Source: an uncultured bacterium | GTDB taxonomy: Bacteria > Schekmanbacteria > GWA2-38-11 > J061 | DNA: 33,935 nt | Assembly (NCBI GenBank): GCA_964549305.1 | Contig: CAZJVM010000010.1 | Coordinates: forward strand, 18,613-52,547 | Reading direction: 5' to 3' | Shown here: positions 1 to 9,142 of the stretch, in pieces | Layout: each line of letters begins with the position of its first letter | How positions within the stretch are numbered: position 1 is the stretch's first letter | Program-made: the position numbers and the translations under genes | Notes under the pieces: generated by a model | Databases searched by the model: none | What the model saw: only the letters and a program-made list of their open reading frames with translations | What the model was told of the DNA's origin: nothing

Positions 1-328
1 GAACATACTTCACTTTGAAGGTTTTTTCGGGTATAGATTTCCTGCTTACATATTTTAAGGAAATATAATATTTAGAATTTATGATAATGCGGTTGTTCGT
101 ATATTCCCTTCGCAAGCTAAAGGTCGCATTTTGATTCTTCTAAATAAAAATCTGCTCACTGAAACTCTAAACTCGTTGTGCCTTTGCCACAACTCAGACA
201 GCGAGTTTCTGCTTCGCATTGTTCGCATCTTTTTAAGAAGAATTGAAAAATGTTCCCAAATGCTGTGCTCCCGGAACATACTTCACTTTGAAGGTTTTTT
301 CGGGTATAGATTTCCTGCTTACATATTT
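1..328. repeat. Direct repeat, period 273 bp (1-55 identical to 274-328), enclosing nested inverted repeats; left copy cut by the window edge
   Basis: 55-nt exact match gaacatacttcac...cttacatattt at 1 and 274. Internal stems 134-141/236-243, 161-167/203-209, 175-180/188-193 and 250-256/273-279. Confidence 0.9.
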
Positions 329-407
329 AGAGGAATTGTTTTTTTGAACTGATACATTATTTCCGGTTGGTGCCTGCAAATTATATTTCTTGTTTTCCCG
401 GCAGGGG

Positions 408-1160
408 TTACATTTTTTTGTTCATAATGAAACTGTTTCGCCAGACACCTTCCTTCTGATATTGTGTTGCAGTCCAGTTGGGATTTGCTTTGAGCCATTC
501 ATTGAATGCTTTCTGTTCGCCGAGGGCGGGATTTCCCCTGAATGTGTACCAATCGTCAAAGATGATTATCGTGCCGTCAACGAGAAGCGGTTTGATGAAA
601 TTGAGGACAAGAATTGCCGACTCATAAAGGTCTGAATCAATGTGAACGATTGCCGCGTGCTTCAAACCCTCTCTTTTTATTGTCTCATCGTTAAGGGAAT
701 CTTTAAACCATCCTGACACAACCTTTACCTTATCCGAAGGCACACCGCTTGCGCTGATGTTTTTAAGGAATCCTTCCTTCGTGTTTGCGTATTTGCCCTC
801 GGTAAAATCAGCGGAAAGCTTGTCAGTGTCCTGAGGTGCGGGAAGTCCTTCAAAGGAATCGAAGGCGACAAACTTCATCTTGTCCCAAAGCTCTTTCCTT
901 ACTTTGCGGTCTTCCTCCGAATTCCAAATGGAAGGCGAGAAGGACTCCTCGAAGGAATTTTTTATGAGCCGGTACGCAAGGGAAAAGCTTTGTCCTGAAT
1001 AGACGCCGAATTCAAGATAATCTCCCTCGATTTTGTTGCCCGAGATGAAACTTCCTGCTTTTGAAAAAATCGTTTCTCTTTCGTTTATGATGAATTCACC
1101 GAATTTTTTTCTCAAGGGGTAAAGAATTCTCTTAAAAAAATTTTTTCCCTGTAAATTCAT
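408..1160 (-). CDS. TylF/MycF/NovP-family SAM-dependent O-methyltransferase
   Basis: Motifs GDYLEFGVYSG, FDSFEGLP, GWFKDSL, HIDSDLYES and IIFDDW. Confidence 0.85.
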   Translation of the reverse strand: MNLQGKNFFKRILYPLRKKFGEFIINERETIFSKAGSFISGNKIEGDYLEFGVYSGQSFSLAYRLIKNSFEESFSPSIWNSEEDRKVRKELWDKMKFVAFDSFEGLPAPQDTDKLSADFTEGKYANTKEGFLKNISASGVPSDKVKVVSGWFKDSLNDETIKREGLKHAAIVHIDSDLYESAILVLNFIKPLLVDGTIIIFDDWYTFRGNPALGEQKAFNEWLKANPNWTATQYQKEGVWRNSFIMNKKM

Positions 1161-1176
1161 TTTTTCCCACTTTTTG

Positions 1177-2322
1177 TTAGAGGTTCATCTTAGCCAATTT
1201 TTCATAGATTTCAGAAAATTTATCAAGCATATAATCTGGCGAAAATTTTTCCGATACCTTTTTTTTTGCTTCTATTCCCAGTTTATCCCTCAATGCCTCT
1301 TCGCAGATAAGTGATTTTAGGGCGTTGGCAAGAGCGTCTGAGTCGGCAGGGGGGATGAGAATGCCGTTGACTTTGTCACATATGAATTCAGGTATGCCGG
1401 AAACATTGGAAGCTATAACGGGCTTTTCGAAATATGCCGCTTCGAGCATTGTGACGGGAAATCCTTCTGAAAGCGAAGGCGACACCACGATGTCGGATGC
1501 CTGCATTATATTTCCCATATCGTCGCGAAATCCGCAGAATAGGCACTTTTCGTATATCCCCCTCTCGCGGCATCTTTCCTCGAGACTTTCCCTTTCCGGA
1601 CCGTCTCCGGCAAAAAGGAAATAAGTATTGTCGTAATTTTTCCTAATCTTAGATGCGGCATCGATGAAACATTCGAATCCTTTCTGTTTCGTCATTCTTC
1701 CTGCCTGAGTGATCACAACGGCTGATTGGGGAATGGAAAGGGATTTTCTCGTCTCTGCGGCAGATTGTGTGGCTTCGATTGACCGGAAATCAATACAGGG
1801 ATAAACGGTTTCTATTATTCCCTCCGGTATTCCGTAATCGCGGATGAGACTCTGCCTGAGATAGTCCGACACCGTTACGATGAGGGATACCTTTGAAGCG
1901 GTATATTTTTCTATTTTCATATAGATGCTTTTCCTTAAGGCGCTTACGGGATAATCTTTTATGGAGTTGTGAACCGTGGACATAACAGAGGGAATTCCCG
2001 CTCGAAACGATGCTAACCGTCCGTAAAAATTAGACCTTGCGCCGTGGGTGTGGACTATTTGAGGCGATGAGCTTTTAAGATATTCGCTCAGGCGTGATAA
2101 AACCTCGCGGCTTAAAAGACTTCTGTTTATCTCTATAACCTTTGGTGAATATCCGAGTGCCTGAAGTCTCTCGTAAAGCGCGCCCCTTTCAGGAAGGATG
2201 AAATCGAGAGTGAATCTTTGCCGGTCAAGATATTTCGCGAAAATAAGAAGATATTTTTCACCGCCTCCTATTCCGCCTGCGGATATGATGTGGGTTATCT
2301 TTATTTTATCCATTTTTCCCAA
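1177..2322 (-). CDS. Glycosyltransferase family 4 (GT-B); ATG at 2313 is an alternative start
   Basis: IGGGEK N-terminal loop, VHTH, GRMTKQKG and the EGFPVTMLEA (EX7E) motif. Confidence 0.9.
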   Translation of the reverse strand: MGKMDKIKITHIISAGGIGGGEKYLLIFAKYLDRQRFTLDFILPERGALYERLQALGYSPKVIEINRSLLSREVLSRLSEYLKSSSPQIVHTHGARSNFYGRLASFRAGIPSVMSTVHNSIKDYPVSALRKSIYMKIEKYTASKVSLIVTVSDYLRQSLIRDYGIPEGIIETVYPCIDFRSIEATQSAAETRKSLSIPQSAVVITQAGRMTKQKGFECFIDAASKIRKNYDNTYFLFAGDGPERESLEERCRERGIYEKCLFCGFRDDMGNIMQASDIVVSPSLSEGFPVTMLEAAYFEKPVIASNVSGIPEFICDKVNGILIPPADSDALANALKSLICEEALRDKLGIEAKKKVSEKFSPDYMLDKFSEIYEKLAKMNL

Positions 2323-3493
2323 TGATTTTAAAAATTCCTTCGCAGAATTCCTTTGCGCGGTTTTCCCATCTGTGTTTTTCCAGAATCGCCTGCCTACCGC
2401 TTTTCCCCATTTTTACCGCTCTTTCCGGGTCTGCGAGAAGGTCGGTGATCCTTTGTGCCAATTCTTCCGTTTTTTCGTGGTCAACTGATATGCCCGCGTC
2501 GATTGATTCCACAAACTCTCCGTATTCGGGACAGTTGCTTGCGACAACAGGTCTTTCGCAGGAAAGATATTCGAACACCTTCATCGGTGACCCGTAATTG
2601 CTTCGTATCATCTTGAAGAACGCGATGCACAGGTCAAAAGCGGATATATAGCGCGGAATCTGTTCATAGCTTACAAATCCGGTCCAGATTATATATTCCC
2701 CTATGCCAAGCTCTCTGCTTAATTTCTCGAGCGGATTTCTCATCTCGCCGTCTCCCACTATGAGAAAGCGTATGTTGCCGTTTCTGCTTATAATTTCAGG
2801 AGCTGCATGGAAAAGATATTCAAGCCCGTGCCAGGCGCACAGACTGCCCACGAATCCAATGTAGGTGTGCCGGGGGTCAAGTTTAAGCTCTTTGCGCGCC
2901 TGATCTTTTTCTATGGGGTGGAACAGACTCGTATCAACGGCGTCCCTGATTACGGAAGTGCGCTCATATTTTTTCCCGCGGGAAGTTACGGCATAGTTTC
3001 TTACAGGTTCTGAGACTGCAGAAACAAAGTCGCACAGAGAGACATTCATATTCCACGAAAGCTCTGCGATGAAAGATGTTAAAGGGTTTCTTCCAAGCGC
3101 CTTCATATCTTCGCCAATGATGCTGTTAAGATAGAGAAGGACGGGGATTTTGAGAAGTTTCAGAGTGGGAATAATTGTCGGGATGCCGTAAAGGTCAAAG
3201 CAGATGACGGCATCGGGTTTTTTTCGGGCAAAGTGCTTCATTAAAAAGAAGGGCGCGAGAGTTATCAGACTGAGGGGTCTTAGATATTCAATGTCAACGC
3301 GCGGCATATGGCACAATGGTAATTCTCGAAAATTATCCCCACCTGAGGTTTTGGGCGCAATCAATTCTATATTGTGTCCAAGGGATTTTAACGCCTTTGC
3401 AAAGTTGACTATCTGAATGCCCTCTGCGTTGAGCGACGACATGTCAACATGACAGATTACGCTTATGTCAAGAGACGGGCGTTTCTTATCCAT
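2306..3493 (-). CDS. Glycosyltransferase family 4; likely start ATG 3493 (MDKKRPS), overlapping the upstream flippase stop
   Basis: FVGSLCAWHG, LIVGDG and SPMKVFEYLSCERPVVAS. The ORF-track extension to 3589 lies inside the upstream gene. Confidence 0.85.
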   Translation of the reverse strand: MDKKRPSLDISVICHVDMSSLNAEGIQIVNFAKALKSLGHNIELIAPKTSGGDNFRELPLCHMPRVDIEYLRPLSLITLAPFFLMKHFARKKPDAVICFDLYGIPTIIPTLKLLKIPVLLYLNSIIGEDMKALGRNPLTSFIAELSWNMNVSLCDFVSAVSEPVRNYAVTSRGKKYERTSVIRDAVDTSLFHPIEKDQARKELKLDPRHTYIGFVGSLCAWHGLEYLFHAAPEIISRNGNIRFLIVGDGEMRNPLEKLSRELGIGEYIIWTGFVSYEQIPRYISAFDLCIAFFKMIRSNYGSPMKVFEYLSCERPVVASNCPEYGEFVESIDAGISVDHEKTEELAQRITDLLADPERAVKMGKSGRQAILEKHRWENRAKEFCEGIFKIIGKNG

Positions 3494-5078
3494 TTTTTGC
3501 GCTTCCCGAAAGTTTCCCCGCGACACTTTGCCGCAGAGAGGTGAATATAGAGGCAATCTTCTCTTTCTCTTTTCTGTCAAGAAAGGCACTGTTTTTTATA
3601 ATGAGATAGTATGCCCCTGTAAAGATAATACCTTCTATTACGAAATAGAGCGCTTTCCCGGAGAAGCTTTCATAATGGTAAATTCTGCTGAATATGAGGC
3701 AGGGGACAAGGCAGATTGCCGATAAAACAAATGAGTGAAGGACCATTTTAAAAAATATCGCCATCGGTTTTTTATAGTGCGAGTGAAATTTGAATACGAG
3801 AAAAGCCGAGTAAAATAAGAATGTTATCGCTGTAGCAATGACACAACCCGCAAGTCCGTATTTCATTATGAGTATGATGCTGAGCAGAATATTCACGATT
3901 GAAGCGTAAACGCTCGTTTCCATTTCGAATTCCGGTTTGCCTATGCCTATGGAGACAACATTTGCTACGCCCGACAAGAGGTTGAAGTAGTATCCGGCGC
4001 ACATAACGAGAAGAACGATTTCAGCGGGAAGATAAGATTTTCCCAGCCATAATTCGAGGACTAAACGGGCATTCAGCGCAAGGAAAACGAAAAGCGGCGT
4101 GGTGAATATAAAAAGATATTTGGACGCTTTTATGTAAAGATTCCACACATCATTGGCGGTACGCGTCGAATCCACTTCGCTTGCCGCGGGAGTTATGGCG
4201 GAAACCATCAGCAGAGGGAAAGACCTTGCGATTGATGCAACGCGGTTTCCGATGTCATAGAAACCGATTGCCGCGGTGTTGAGGAAGTATCCGATAATAA
4301 ACCTGTCGGTCTGAAAATTTATGAGATACGCGATTTTTGCAACCTGCACCTTGTAGCCGAAGGAGAATATTTTTTTGAAGGTATTTCCGTCTATGCGTGA
4401 AGGCAATAATTTCATTTCAGGGAAAACCCTGTAGGCAAAGATTAAATAGAGAATAGCGCTCAGAAGCGCGAAGCCCACTTCGTTTAAAGCAAGCCCTCTA
4501 AGCCCGTATCCCGAGAGGAGGACGAATATTATTCCACCTGCGCGCGGTATCGATGCCGCGATTTTTATAAGATTGAGAACGCCCATTTTCTGGAATCCTT
4601 CAAAGAGTGAGCGCACGGGAGTTATGGCGCTTTGAAGACAGAAAGCGAGAATTCCGTAAATTAAGACTGAGCGCGTCTCGTCCATATACGGTGCCGGGAT
4701 TTTTAGAACAGAGAGAAAAAAATCCACGAGCAGATAGCAGGCGGCAAACTGCGCCGCGGCAAGGGGAAGGTAAAAGAGAAGTCCGTGGTTTATGATGTTG
4801 TTGATTTGCTCCGTTTCCTGTTTCGCCTTGTGCTCGGCAAGGTATTTCGTGAATGACCCTCCCGCGCCAAGGTCGAGAAGACTGAAGTAGCTTGTAACCG
4901 TAAACATAACCGCCCAGATGCCGAATTTCTCGGCGCCGAGAGTCCTGAATATAAAGGGGGTGAGAAAAAAATTGATGAGTATTTGGGAGAAGTTTCCCAT
5001 ATAATTATAGGCAGTGTTGCCAATAATTTTTTCAGATACAGATAAGTCTTTGTCCGACTTTTCGTTCCATTCGTCCAT
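3486..5078 (-). CDS. Wzx-type polysaccharide flippase (MOP superfamily)
   Basis: 530-aa multi-TM protein with TPFIFRTLGAEKFGIW, LLDLG and QTDRFIIGYFL...IGFY patterns typical of O-antigen/EPS flippases. Confidence 0.85.
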   Translation of the reverse strand: MDEWNEKSDKDLSVSEKIIGNTAYNYMGNFSQILINFFLTPFIFRTLGAEKFGIWAVMFTVTSYFSLLDLGAGGSFTKYLAEHKAKQETEQINNIINHGLLFYLPLAAAQFAACYLLVDFFLSVLKIPAPYMDETRSVLIYGILAFCLQSAITPVRSLFEGFQKMGVLNLIKIAASIPRAGGIIFVLLSGYGLRGLALNEVGFALLSAILYLIFAYRVFPEMKLLPSRIDGNTFKKIFSFGYKVQVAKIAYLINFQTDRFIIGYFLNTAAIGFYDIGNRVASIARSFPLLMVSAITPAASEVDSTRTANDVWNLYIKASKYLFIFTTPLFVFLALNARLVLELWLGKSYLPAEIVLLVMCAGYYFNLLSGVANVVSIGIGKPEFEMETSVYASIVNILLSIILIMKYGLAGCVIATAITFLFYSAFLVFKFHSHYKKPMAIFFKMVLHSFVLSAICLVPCLIFSRIYHYESFSGKALYFVIEGIIFTGAYYLIIKNSAFLDRKEKEKIASIFTSLRQSVAGKLSGSAKNG

Positions 5079-5112
5079 ATTTAGTCTGATAATATTTTTA
5101 TTGGGTATGAAG

Positions 5113-5141
5113 TATAATGTATAATAACATTACATAATGTT
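5113..5141. promoter_or_regulatory. Tandem TATAAT hexamers followed by the palindrome AACATTA-CA-TAATGTT in the divergent wzx/FkbM spacer
   Basis: TATAAT at 5113-5118 and 5120-5125; perfect 7-bp inverted repeat at 5126-5141. Confidence 0.45.
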
Positions 5142-5218
5142 GCTGAAAAAGTTTTATTTGAAGTTGAAGCAATGATAACATTTTATTAACAAGCCAATCG
5201 GCATATGGGGACAGTATT

Positions 5219-6106
5219 TTGGTAAATGCTGAAAAATCAAATATTTCGCCTGCCCGGGAAAAATCAGGAAAAACGTTCAGGGAAATATACGAAAAAACTC
5301 CCCACTTCAGGGGAAAGTGGCAGATTTTCAATCTCTTCGGCAAAAGCTTGAGAGGGAAGGGGTATGAGACGGTAATAACATTTGATATGGGGCAGAAGAT
5401 ATGTCTGTGTCTCGATGACTGGATTCCCTATCAGATTTTTCTTACCGGATATTACGCAATTGAATACAGGCATACTATTTATTTCAGAAACCTCATCAAG
5501 AAGGGAATTGTTTTTTTTGATGTGGGCGCGAATATCGGCTATTACACCCTGCAGGCATCTCCCCGGACTGGATTTGAGGGGAAGGTTTTTTCTTTTGAGC
5601 CGGTGAGCGCTACATACGGGAAGCTCGTTGAAAATATCTCCTTGAATTCACTGAAAAATGTTTTTCCTCAGAAGCTTATAGTCTATGAAAAGGAGTGCGA
5701 ATTGGAGATATTGCCCGGCGATTGCGGTAATACGGGCTCGGCGAAGCTTGCCCCGGCAAATTCCGCTTCCCGGTCAGACGCGGAAAAGGTCAGGGCTGTA
5801 ACTCTCGACTCTTTCGTGAAAGAGAACGGAGTGGATAGGATTGATGTCGTGAAGATTGATGTGGAGGGGAGCGAGTTTTCAGTGCTTCGCGGAATGAAGA
5901 ATATCCTTTCCGAAATGAATCCCAAACTACTCATTGAACTTACCGAGCATACCCTGAAGGCGCGAGGCACATCGTGCGAAGAGGTTATAGCATTTTTGCG
6001 CGGTTTCGGATACGAACCTTATAGCGTCAGATCAGGTGAAGAGAAACCGGCAGATATTTCAAAGATAAGGCGTGAATCCCTCGTGCTTTTCAAAAAGGAA
6101 GAGTAG
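5219..6106 (+). CDS. FkbM-family methyltransferase
   Basis: FFDVGANIGYY, VFSFEP and VVKIDVEGSEFSVLRG. Confidence 0.9.
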   Translation: MVNAEKSNISPAREKSGKTFREIYEKTPHFRGKWQIFNLFGKSLRGKGYETVITFDMGQKICLCLDDWIPYQIFLTGYYAIEYRHTIYFRNLIKKGIVFFDVGANIGYYTLQASPRTGFEGKVFSFEPVSATYGKLVENISLNSLKNVFPQKLIVYEKECELEILPGDCGNTGSAKLAPANSASRSDAEKVRAVTLDSFVKENGVDRIDVVKIDVEGSEFSVLRGMKNILSEMNPKLLIELTEHTLKARGTSCEEVIAFLRGFGYEPYSVRSGEEKPADISKIRRESLVLFKKEE

Positions 6107-6130
6107 GGGGGGTGGGGGAAAGAAAAAGTT

Positions 6131-7615
6131 TTATTCCTCCTTTTCTTTTTTTATTCCCGAAATGACAAGCAATTCTTCTAACTGCTTTTTGTTAAAAATC
6201 GCGCTTAAAAGGAGATATATGGCTATTCCCGAAATCACGCACAAAGTGAATGTTATGCCTTCTTCACTATCGTGAGGGAAAAGGGATTTTATAAAGAGAA
6301 GCGAGAAGGCCATAAGGACGCTGTTTGCGAATGAAGGCGCGAGGGTTTTCGCCAGTTGTAAGACTTTCAGGTTTATGAGGCGAAAGGGTATGGCAAACTG
6401 CGGATATGAAAGGAGTAATACTGCGATTGCGTATCCTCCGGCAACTCCCGTTATGCCCCAGCGAAGTCCCATTATGAAAACGGCTATTAACAGCAATCCT
6501 GTGCCCACGCCCCAGCGAAACATCCAGTCGGTACGCCCCTTTGCCTGATAAATCGCGCCCACCGTCGTGCCGATTGATTGAAAAAGCCCCACAGGCGCGA
6601 GTATCATAATGAGCAGGATTACCGCCTCCCATTTCGCGCCGAAGACTGTCAGTACGAATGGTTTGGCGAGGATGAAAACTCCTGCCATCAGAGGAAAGGA
6701 TATGAACCCGATTGTTGCCGCGACCTTGAGATAGATTTCGCCGAAGCGCCTGTTGTCATCCTGTATGCTCGAATAGACAGGAAACATAACACGCCCTATT
6801 ACGGCGGATATGTTTTGAAGGGGAAAGAGGAGTATGCGGTAAGCAAGGGTGTAATAACCGAGATTTTCGGCGCCGAGATACCTGCCTATCAAAAAATAGT
6901 CGGCGTTGCGGGAGAAGTAGTTGAAGATGCTGAACCCCGTGAGATTTAAGCTGTAACTGCTCACCGATTTTACTTCGCGCCAGCGGAAAATAAGACTGGG
7001 GCGCCAACGGCTTGAAAACCAGAGAAGTATTGTAGTTACCGTGACGAGGGTCAATGACTGGACTACGAGACTCCATACTCCGCCACCTAAAAGCGCGAAT
7101 CCTATGCCCGCAAAGGAAGAACAGAATACTGCCGTTATTTCTATTTTCCCCAGTGCGCGGAAATTGAGGGACCTTTCCATCAGCGATTGGTGTAAAATGC
7201 TCACACCTGAAATGGCAAAGCTTACAGAGAGTACACGAAGCACTGGCACTACCTGAGGGTTTTTGTATAACAGTCCGCCTAAAGGGGCACCCAGAAAAAC
7301 GACTGCCGTAGAAAGGAAACCGAATCCCGCGTTAAGCCAGAAAATGCTCGAGAGAAGCTCTTTAGATAAATCCTGTTTTTGAATGATTGCCGCAGATGTG
7401 CCAAGGTCTTTGAAAATAGCTATGAAACCAGTAACGACCACTGCCATTCCAAGAAGCCCGAAATCAGAGGGCGCAAGAAGACGGGCGAGAATTAGCGTCG
7501 TTATGAGTTGCGCGCCCTGACGGAAAACCTGCGACAAGGTTGACCACTTTACGCCAGTGACGGAACGGTTTTTTAAGTCTGTCGAAATTTTGTTATTACT
7601 GCTGTATAAATCCAT
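6131..7615 (-). CDS. WzxC-like lipopolysaccharide/EPS flippase
   Basis: GVKWS...ILARLLAPSDFGL, DLGTSAAIIQ and NADYFLIGRYLGAENLGYY resemble colanic-acid WzxC-type flippases. Confidence 0.88.
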   Translation of the reverse strand: MDLYSSNNKISTDLKNRSVTGVKWSTLSQVFRQGAQLITTLILARLLAPSDFGLLGMAVVVTGFIAIFKDLGTSAAIIQKQDLSKELLSSIFWLNAGFGFLSTAVVFLGAPLGGLLYKNPQVVPVLRVLSVSFAISGVSILHQSLMERSLNFRALGKIEITAVFCSSFAGIGFALLGGGVWSLVVQSLTLVTVTTILLWFSSRWRPSLIFRWREVKSVSSYSLNLTGFSIFNYFSRNADYFLIGRYLGAENLGYYTLAYRILLFPLQNISAVIGRVMFPVYSSIQDDNRRFGEIYLKVAATIGFISFPLMAGVFILAKPFVLTVFGAKWEAVILLIMILAPVGLFQSIGTTVGAIYQAKGRTDWMFRWGVGTGLLLIAVFIMGLRWGITGVAGGYAIAVLLLSYPQFAIPFRLINLKVLQLAKTLAPSFANSVLMAFSLLFIKSLFPHDSEEGITFTLCVISGIAIYLLLSAIFNKKQLEELLVISGIKKEKEE

Positions 7616-7645
7616 ATTTTTTTATAAGGTTTTTGTGACAGGAGT

Positions 7646-8863
7646 TCATAAAATGCTTTCGTAAATATTTAAAAGTCTCTTGTTGAGACTTTTTATATCA
7701 TAGTTTTCTTCCACGAATTTTCTTCCCGATTTTCCCGATTGCGCGCGGATTGCGGGATTTTCTACAAGGAATTCTATTTTTTCCGCAATGGCATCGACAT
7801 CCTTTTGAGGTACGAGAAAAGCCGAGTTGTCCCGCGATAGTGTTTCCGGAATTCCTCCGATTGAGGAAGCTATTACGGGAATGCCCGATGACTGCGCCTC
7901 GAGAAGCACCAGTCCCTGTCCCTCCGTTGCGCCGTTTTCCCCGATTATGCTTGGAAGAATGAATATATGCGCTTTTTCGTAGAGATTCAGCACTTCCGAT
8001 TCGTCTGCCAATCCCGTAAAAAAGACATTTTTTTCAAGCCCCGATTCCGCTGTCAATGATTTGAGTTTTTCCTTCAAGGGTCCGTCTCCCGCAACAGTGT
8101 ACCGTATCTGCGGATATTTTTTTACTGCCTTTGCAATCGCTCTTATGGCGTATTCGTGCCCTTTTTCCTCTACAAGTCGTCCCACGGTCAGAATGTTTAC
8201 GGATTCTCCTTCCTTATTTTTTTTCTCACAGAATTTGAATTTTTCCGTGTTTACTCCAACAGGAAGAATGGTTATCTTTTCCCCGTCGCATCCCAACTCA
8301 ACCACTTTGTTTTTGATGAAGTTTGTGTTTGCGGTGAAGATGTCACCATTTTTGAATAATTCCTTATATACATCTCCGCCTGCTGTTTGGGGATAGCAGT
8401 TAACGTCGTATCCGTGAAAGCTTGTAAGATATTTTCCTGCAACCCCCGCCTTTTTCAAAAACATTCCGAAAAGTCCGTTAGTGCCGAAGTGACAGTGTAT
8501 GATGTCGAATTTTTTCTCGATGAAGGGGACTGTTTTATACAGAAGATTCAAAGAGAGAGCGTTTTTCCCGTAACTAAAAAAATTCAGCGCCCTGAGGATT
8601 TTCAAAGGCGCTTTCGGAAAATTTACCGAGATTAAGGATATTGCCTTGAGTATCCTTATTATCCTGTTGCAGGGAGGAGTCAGATAGGTGACTTTCTCCA
8701 TAAGGCGGTATTTTTCAATGTCCTGATGCCTCTTGCCTTCATTGGGATTGTATTGGGCTAATATTTCAACTTCCTGCCCCAAGTCTATTAGCCCCGTAAT
8801 CTGATTCAGAATAAATGTTTCAGACAGAGTGGGAAATCCGTTTACTATAAAAGCTATTTTCAT
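7646..8863 (-). CDS. GT4 glycosyltransferase, WcaL/AmsK-like
   Basis: FPTLSETFILNQITGLID, HCHFG, SFHGYD, VGRLVEEKG and EGQGLVLLEA. Confidence 0.88.
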   Translation of the reverse strand: MKIAFIVNGFPTLSETFILNQITGLIDLGQEVEILAQYNPNEGKRHQDIEKYRLMEKVTYLTPPCNRIIRILKAISLISVNFPKAPLKILRALNFFSYGKNALSLNLLYKTVPFIEKKFDIIHCHFGTNGLFGMFLKKAGVAGKYLTSFHGYDVNCYPQTAGGDVYKELFKNGDIFTANTNFIKNKVVELGCDGEKITILPVGVNTEKFKFCEKKNKEGESVNILTVGRLVEEKGHEYAIRAIAKAVKKYPQIRYTVAGDGPLKEKLKSLTAESGLEKNVFFTGLADESEVLNLYEKAHIFILPSIIGENGATEGQGLVLLEAQSSGIPVIASSIGGIPETLSRDNSAFLVPQKDVDAIAEKIEFLVENPAIRAQSGKSGRKFVEENYDIKSLNKRLLNIYESIL

Positions 8864-8911
8864 ATTAAAATGATTATGGCAGATTTTGGCCGGTAAGAAT
8901 AGCTGAAGTCA

Positions 8912-9130
8912 TCAGCTGAATTTTTTCCCCTTCTTCTTCCTGCATTTCTTCAGCCTTTTTTCAACGGATTCATTATGCTTGGGGCATTTCGGCTTGTGCT
9001 TTTTTTTGTCGGCAAAGGCATCGTCTTCAAGTGAAATAATCTGAGGGCTTACCCATACCTTAAGCACTGCCGCAGTTGCGGCTACTGTGGCGACTTTTTT
9101 GCCTTTTTTAAGAAAATCTCTTCTTTTCAT
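8912..9130 (-). CDS. 72-aa putative RiPP precursor / twin-arginine peptide
   Basis: AAGGAG SD at 9137-9142; starts 12 nt after the rSAM stop; double TGA stop. Contains KRRDFLK, a hydrophobic stretch, WVSPQI, AFA and a Lys-rich two-Cys tail. Confidence 0.75.
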   Translation of the reverse strand: MKRRDFLKKGKKVATVAATAAVLKVWVSPQIISLEDDAFADKKKHKPKCPKHNESVEKRLKKCRKKKGKKFS

Positions 9131-9142
9131 TTTTTACTCCTT

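Noticed and set aside
1-328. CRISPR array
   Set aside because: Only two copies, a repeat of at least 55 bp with a 218-bp interval, and no cas genes.
8906-8914. Selenocysteine read-through of the peptide's TGA
   Set aside because: Two consecutive TGA codons and no evident SECIS hairpin.
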